Shown: piece by piece, positions 59,723 to 64,000 of the stretch
Layout of the letters: each line of letters opens with the position of its first letter
Numbering within the stretch: the first letter of the stretch is position 1
From: Truepera sp.
GTDB taxonomy: Bacteria > Deinococcota > Deinococci > Deinococcales > Trueperaceae
Direction: 5' to 3'
DNA length: 64,000 nucleotides
NCBI GenBank assembly: GCA_965218435.1
Contig: CBDCKW010000009.1
Span: 448,001-512,000, forward strand
Program-made: the position numbers and the translations under genes
The notes under the pieces: model-generated
The model's database searches: none
What the model was told of the DNA's origin: nothing
What the model saw: only the letters and a program-made list of their open reading frames with translations

Positions 59723-62224
59723 ATGGATATTGACCGCGAAGCCCTCTACACATTCTTTCAGCAGCACCCTGAAAAACCCTGGCACCTGCAGGACGTGCAG
59801 CGGCAGCTCAAACTCAGCGACCGCGAAGACCTGCGCCGCGAACTCGCCTCACTCGTTGACGACGGGCGGCTGATCCGTACCCGCCGCCGCACCTACGGCT
59901 TACCGCAAGAGATGAACCTCCGGCCCGGCCGTTTACAGGTCACTTCAGGTGGTTATGGGTTTGTCATTTTAGACGGCGACACCGGCGAAAAAGATCTGTT
60001 CGTTCCAGCGGAGAGTCTAAACGGCGCGTGGGACGGCGACCGGGTGTTGGCGCGGCCCGACCAGCGCAGTGGTGAAAAACCCTCGGGTGAGATCGTCCGG
60101 GTATTAGAGCGCAAACACGACCGCGTGGTCGGTACCTTGGAGTATTCGCGCGGTTACGCGATTTTGCGTCCCGATTCGCCGCGATTACGTGAACGTATCT
60201 TGCTCTTGCCTGATTCAGTAGGCAAGCTCGAGGCAGGCTCGCGCATCGTCGTGAAGATCATCTGGCCTGAAGATTCGGGCGAAAAAGAGCCGTTTGGTGA
60301 ACTCGAGGAGTCCTTGGGCGACGGCGACTCACCCGAAATCGAGACCAGAGCGGTCATCGTCAAATTCGACCTCAAAGACGAGTTCGACGCTAAAACCCTC
60401 GCCGAAGCCGAGGCTGTGCCCGACACCGTTTCACCCGAAATGATGGCGGGCCGGACCGACATCCGTGACCTCAACACCTTTACGGTTGACGGGGCCGACG
60501 CCAAAGACTTTGACGACGCCATCTCTTTAGAACGTCTCGGCAAGGGCAAAACGGCGCTCTTACGGGTCGGTGTTCACATCGCCGATGTGTCGTACTACGT
60601 CGCGGAGGGTACCAGTTTGGACGCTGAAGCCAAAGAGCGGGCGACGAGTGTCTATCTGCCGGGGCAAGTCTTGCCGATGTTGCCCGAACAACTCTCGAAC
60701 GGCATCTGCTCACTCGTCGAAGGGGAGCCGCGCCTGACCCTTTCAGTCTTCGCCGATTTGACCAAAGACGGCGAGGTCAGACACATGGAGGTCAAAGAGA
60801 CCGTTATCACCTCCGACGCTCGTCTGACCTACGACGAAGTGCAAGCGTTTGCCGAGGGTGAAAAGTTACCCAAAGGTAAGGGTAAACTCGGCCGCGACAT
60901 CACCCAGCTCTTAAAGCTCACGCAGACGCTCCGCGAAAAACGTCTCGACAAAGGGGCGCTTAACTTCGAGTTTACTGAAGCCAAGGTAGATGTGACCGAC
61001 GAAGGCGAACTCAGCGTCACCCCGATTCGGCCCAATCAGGCGCGGCAGCTCATCGAAGAGCTGATGCTCTTAGCCAACCGGCTGGTCGCCCAAGACCTTT
61101 CGGCCAAAGACATCCCCGCCTTGTACCGTGTCCACGAGGACCCGAGTGAAGCCAAGGTTCAGGCATTAGTGGCAAGTCTAGGGCGGCTCGGTTACAAGCT
61201 CGATATGACGCAAGTCGAGGCTGAAGACCTGCAGGCCATCATCCGCGAGGCGGCGGGTAAGCCTGAAGCGCAGCTCGTCAATACGCTGCTGCTACGCTCT
61301 TTGAAGCAGGCCCGTTACAGCGCCGACAACCTAGGTCACTTCGGCCTAGCGTTTGAGCATTACCTGCACTTCACCTCGCCGATTCGCCGTTACCCCGACC
61401 TGGTGGTTCACCGTGTCCTGCGGGCGTCGCTGCAAAATCGGCTTTCCCCAACGCTTAAAGAGCGGCTTAAAAGTGACTTTCCGGCTCTGGCCGAACATGT
61501 GAGCGAACGCGAACGGTTGGCCGAAGACGCCGAACGCGACCTGACGCGTTACTACCACGCGCGTTGGGCCAAAGAGCACCGGGGCGAGGTCTTTAACGGC
61601 CTGATTACGGGGGTGACGAACTTCGGCATTTTTGTGGCGCTGCCAAACGGCGTTGAGGGGCTTGTCCACGTGTCGCAGCTCGAGGACGACTACTACATGT
61701 ATATCGAAGACCAGATGATGATGCTCGGCAAATCGAGTAAAAAGAAGTTCCGGCTCGGTGGGCGGATGGAGGTGCGTATCTTAAACGCGAACCCGACTAT
61801 TCGGCAGATTGACCTGGGTCCGAGCAGCGCCGAAGTGCCGGACGAGCCCGAGGAAGAGGAGCGCCCACAAGAGCGTGCGCCGCGTCACCTCAAAACGCCG
61901 CTGAGCGCGTCGGGCGGTGCGTCGTCGAATGGCGTCGCGCGCGGTGCCAAAGACCGTGGCCCGGAGCGTCACGCGGGGGCGCTCAGCGCCGACCCGGACG
62001 AGGCTGAGGTTTCGGTCTCGCGTGAAGACGAGGTACGTGACGACCTGCGGCGGCGTGAAGTCAGACCGACGCGGGGCTCTGGACGGAGCGAACGAAATAG
62101 AAACGGGCGTAAAGCGCAGACTGACCCTGCCGACGCCAAGCCTACTGAAGTTTCGACCACTGTCCCTGACCAACCGGCCCGCAAACGCCGCGTTTTGGTC
62201 TTCGGCGATTTTCATAAAAAGTAA
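59723..62224 (+). CDS. rnr: Ribonuclease R
   Basis: N-terminal HTH, cold-shock domains, TVDGADAKDFDDA, HFTSPIRRYPD, S1 domain, disordered charged tail. Confidence 0.96.
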   Translation: MDIDREALYTFFQQHPEKPWHLQDVQRQLKLSDREDLRRELASLVDDGRLIRTRRRTYGLPQEMNLRPGRLQVTSGGYGFVILDGDTGEKDLFVPAESLNGAWDGDRVLARPDQRSGEKPSGEIVRVLERKHDRVVGTLEYSRGYAILRPDSPRLRERILLLPDSVGKLEAGSRIVVKIIWPEDSGEKEPFGELEESLGDGDSPEIETRAVIVKFDLKDEFDAKTLAEAEAVPDTVSPEMMAGRTDIRDLNTFTVDGADAKDFDDAISLERLGKGKTALLRVGVHIADVSYYVAEGTSLDAEAKERATSVYLPGQVLPMLPEQLSNGICSLVEGEPRLTLSVFADLTKDGEVRHMEVKETVITSDARLTYDEVQAFAEGEKLPKGKGKLGRDITQLLKLTQTLREKRLDKGALNFEFTEAKVDVTDEGELSVTPIRPNQARQLIEELMLLANRLVAQDLSAKDIPALYRVHEDPSEAKVQALVASLGRLGYKLDMTQVEAEDLQAIIREAAGKPEAQLVNTLLLRSLKQARYSADNLGHFGLAFEHYLHFTSPIRRYPDLVVHRVLRASLQNRLSPTLKERLKSDFPALAEHVSERERLAEDAERDLTRYYHARWAKEHRGEVFNGLITGVTNFGIFVALPNGVEGLVHVSQLEDDYYMYIEDQMMMLGKSSKKKFRLGGRMEVRILNANPTIRQIDLGPSSAEVPDEPEEEERPQERAPRHLKTPLSASGGASSNGVARGAKDRGPERHAGALSADPDEAEVSVSREDEVRDDLRRREVRPTRGSGRSERNRNGRKAQTDPADAKPTEVSTTVPDQPARKRRVLVFGDFHKK

Positions 62225-62238
62225 AGCGCGGTCTTACG

Positions 62239-62706
62239 GTGGTTGTGGCGGTGACTGAGCGTTCGCCCCTCGTTGACCTGCTGGGTTTGGAACCACATGT
62301 TGAAGGCGGGTACTACCGAGAGTTGTGGCGTTCTGAAGTCTTTGTCCCGCACGCTCAGCTTGGGGGCCGTTACAGCGGTGCGCGGGCGAGCGCCTCGAGC
62401 ATCTACTTTCTCCTGCACCCCGGCGAGGTCTCCGTCTGGCACAAGGTCGTCTCCGCCGAGCTGTGGCTCTATCATCTCGGCAGCGCCTTAACTTTGACGC
62501 TGAGCGGTAGCGGCGACGCACCTGCTGAGCCCGGCGAAGAGCTGCGACTCGGCCCCACTATTGCTACCGGTGAAAGGCCGCAACAGCTCGTGCCGCCGGG
62601 GGTGTGGCAAACCGCGCGGAACAGCGGTACCGAACCGACCTTGGTCTCGTGTATCGTCGCCCCGGCGTTTCACCCGGACGAGTTTCGCTTAGCTCCGTCT
62701 ACTTAG
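62239..62706 (+). CDS. Cupin_5 (DUF985) protein
   Basis: LGLEPHVEGGYYRE, SIYFLL, WH...E.W, SCIVAPAF motifs. Confidence 0.88.
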   Translation: MVVAVTERSPLVDLLGLEPHVEGGYYRELWRSEVFVPHAQLGGRYSGARASASSIYFLLHPGEVSVWHKVVSAELWLYHLGSALTLTLSGSGDAPAEPGEELRLGPTIATGERPQQLVPPGVWQTARNSGTEPTLVSCIVAPAFHPDEFRLAPST

Positions 62707-63031
62707 CCAAACCGTAAATAAAGGCAGAGTCTAAAAGCGGTTGTAAGACCGCCAGGCCAGTGCTTAAGAGCCGCCTACAAGCAACTAAATTGCATCCGTA
62801 AGACTCTAAAAGCATGTGTCAGACGGCTTTTGCGGCGTAACCGTAAAGTTTGCGGGTTTGCCTACGGCTCGCTTGGAACGTCACGGTTCAAGCCTTATGC
62901 GAGCCGGGGGTTCGTCACACCGGTCCGGCCGGTCTGATAAACTCGGCTATAACCCCGTACGCTTAGACGCTCGAGACAAGCGTTCAAGACCCAAGCTAAC
63001 CCAATCTAGTTGCGCTTAAAAGGTGGAGACG

Positions 63032-64000
63032 ATGCCCGACACCCATACCTACCACATCACCCGGAACTGCTTAAAAAGCGGTTGTATGTTCCTTTCGCCG
63101 TCGGCCCAAGAGCTCTTTCCGCCCGAAGGACCCTTCGACGCCAAAGATACCCGGAGCGGTGAGACTTTAGCCTTGACCCGGGTAGACGCGCGTACGGTGG
63201 CGGGCCTGAGGCCACTTTTTGAACGGCACGGACTCGAGCCCAACGATCTTTTGCTGATTGCCAGAGAGGGTAAAACCTATACCCTGACCCCGACGGCGAA
63301 ACCGCGCGTGGCCGACTACACCCGCCCGGAGACGCAGCGCGGGCTCGTTGACCGGGTGGTTGAGCAAGCGCCTTTGTCCGAGCGGGAGATTCGGGCGCTT
63401 TTTCCTGACTTGCCGAGTCAGTTTGACCTGAACACGGTTCTAGAACAAGACGGCCGCTTACACAAGTACGAAGGTCGCTGGCAGTTCGTGCCGGAAGGTG
63501 CACAAATAGAAGCTGCCGGGGAAATTGACAGGGGCCGAGCGTCGGTCAACCCCTACCGCCCTGCACCGGCGACCGAAGGGTTTGTCCCGCCTTCAGAGTC
63601 AGGCGTAAAAACCGGCGACGCGTCGTTGCACACGCGGGCGAGAGAGGCGCTACGGAGTTTTGGCTTTCGACTCGAGCCGCGTAGTTCGGTGCAGCTCGTC
63701 GCACACGCCGACCTGGGCCGCCGCCCCTATAGCGTCTTGGTGCAGCTGCTAGCCGAGGGGACGCGCCTCGACTGGACGAAGCTTTTGGCCCGCCGCCGCG
63801 AACTCAAGGTGACCCATCTGGCAGTATTCGGCCCTCACGAAGACCTGTTACGGCTGCAGTCGCCCGCAGCGCAGGCGCGCGCAACGCTCTGGTCGTGGCA
63901 AGGTCTGGCCCAAGCGGTTAACCTGGTGGCCGCCGTACCGGTGAGCCCGTTTGACCTCGAGCCTTACTTCGCGCAGGGCGGCCTGTTCGAGGAGGGTTTA
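63032..64000 (+). CDS. Hypothetical multidomain protein, truncated by window edge
   Basis: Not in ORF track. AGGTGGAG then ATG 63032; frame open to 64000 (MPDTHTYHITRNCLKSG...). Confidence 0.8.
   Translation, partial: MPDTHTYHITRNCLKSGCMFLSPSAQELFPPEGPFDAKDTRSGETLALTRVDARTVAGLRPLFERHGLEPNDLLLIAREGKTYTLTPTAKPRVADYTRPETQRGLVDRVVEQAPLSEREIRALFPDLPSQFDLNTVLEQDGRLHKYEGRWQFVPEGAQIEAAGEIDRGRASVNPYRPAPATEGFVPPSESGVKTGDASLHTRAREALRSFGFRLEPRSSVQLVAHADLGRRPYSVLVQLLAEGTRLDWTKLLARRRELKVTHLAVFGPHEDLLRLQSPAAQARATLWSWQGLAQAVNLVAAVPVSPFDLEPYFAQGGLFEEGL

Noticed and set aside
1..64000. CRISPR arrays, tRNA/rRNA, transposases, prophage or defence operons; many antisense ORFs in the track
   Set aside because: No repeat-spacer arrays, cloverleafs or recombinase motifs seen; antisense ORFs are shadows of GC-rich genes.

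Overview
GC-rich (about 60%) bacterial chromosomal segment. Gene content, leaderless-type starts and protein style suggest Deinococcota, probably Trueperaceae-like (inference, not a database result). The housekeeping backbone comprises hrcA, a moaD-moaE fusion, guaA, mrp, valS, a nfeD-floA-X-phoH-pgpH-ybeY-dgkA operon, rnhB, ricT/PSP1, holB, glgP and rnr. It is interspersed with two sugar ABC systems (one with rhamnulokinase, class II aldolase and gluconokinase), several lipoproteins (S8 protease plus partner, PA14, beta-propeller) and decaying accessory genes. I found no rRNA, tRNA, CRISPR array, transposase or integrase. Best leads: (1) a Val-specific T-box riboswitch controlling an uncharacterised SAM methyltransferase placed in front of valS; (2) a promoter-uORF-antiterminator/terminator leader before an APH-type phosphotransferase; (3) a 245-bp non-coding segment bounded by perfect 16-bp inverted repeats; (4) strong window-wide over-representation of the palindrome CTCGAG; (5) a probable non-canonical AUC start for phoH; (6) a tail-anchored pseudokinase; (7) a lipoprotein whose signal peptide is disconnected by homopolymer frameshifts.
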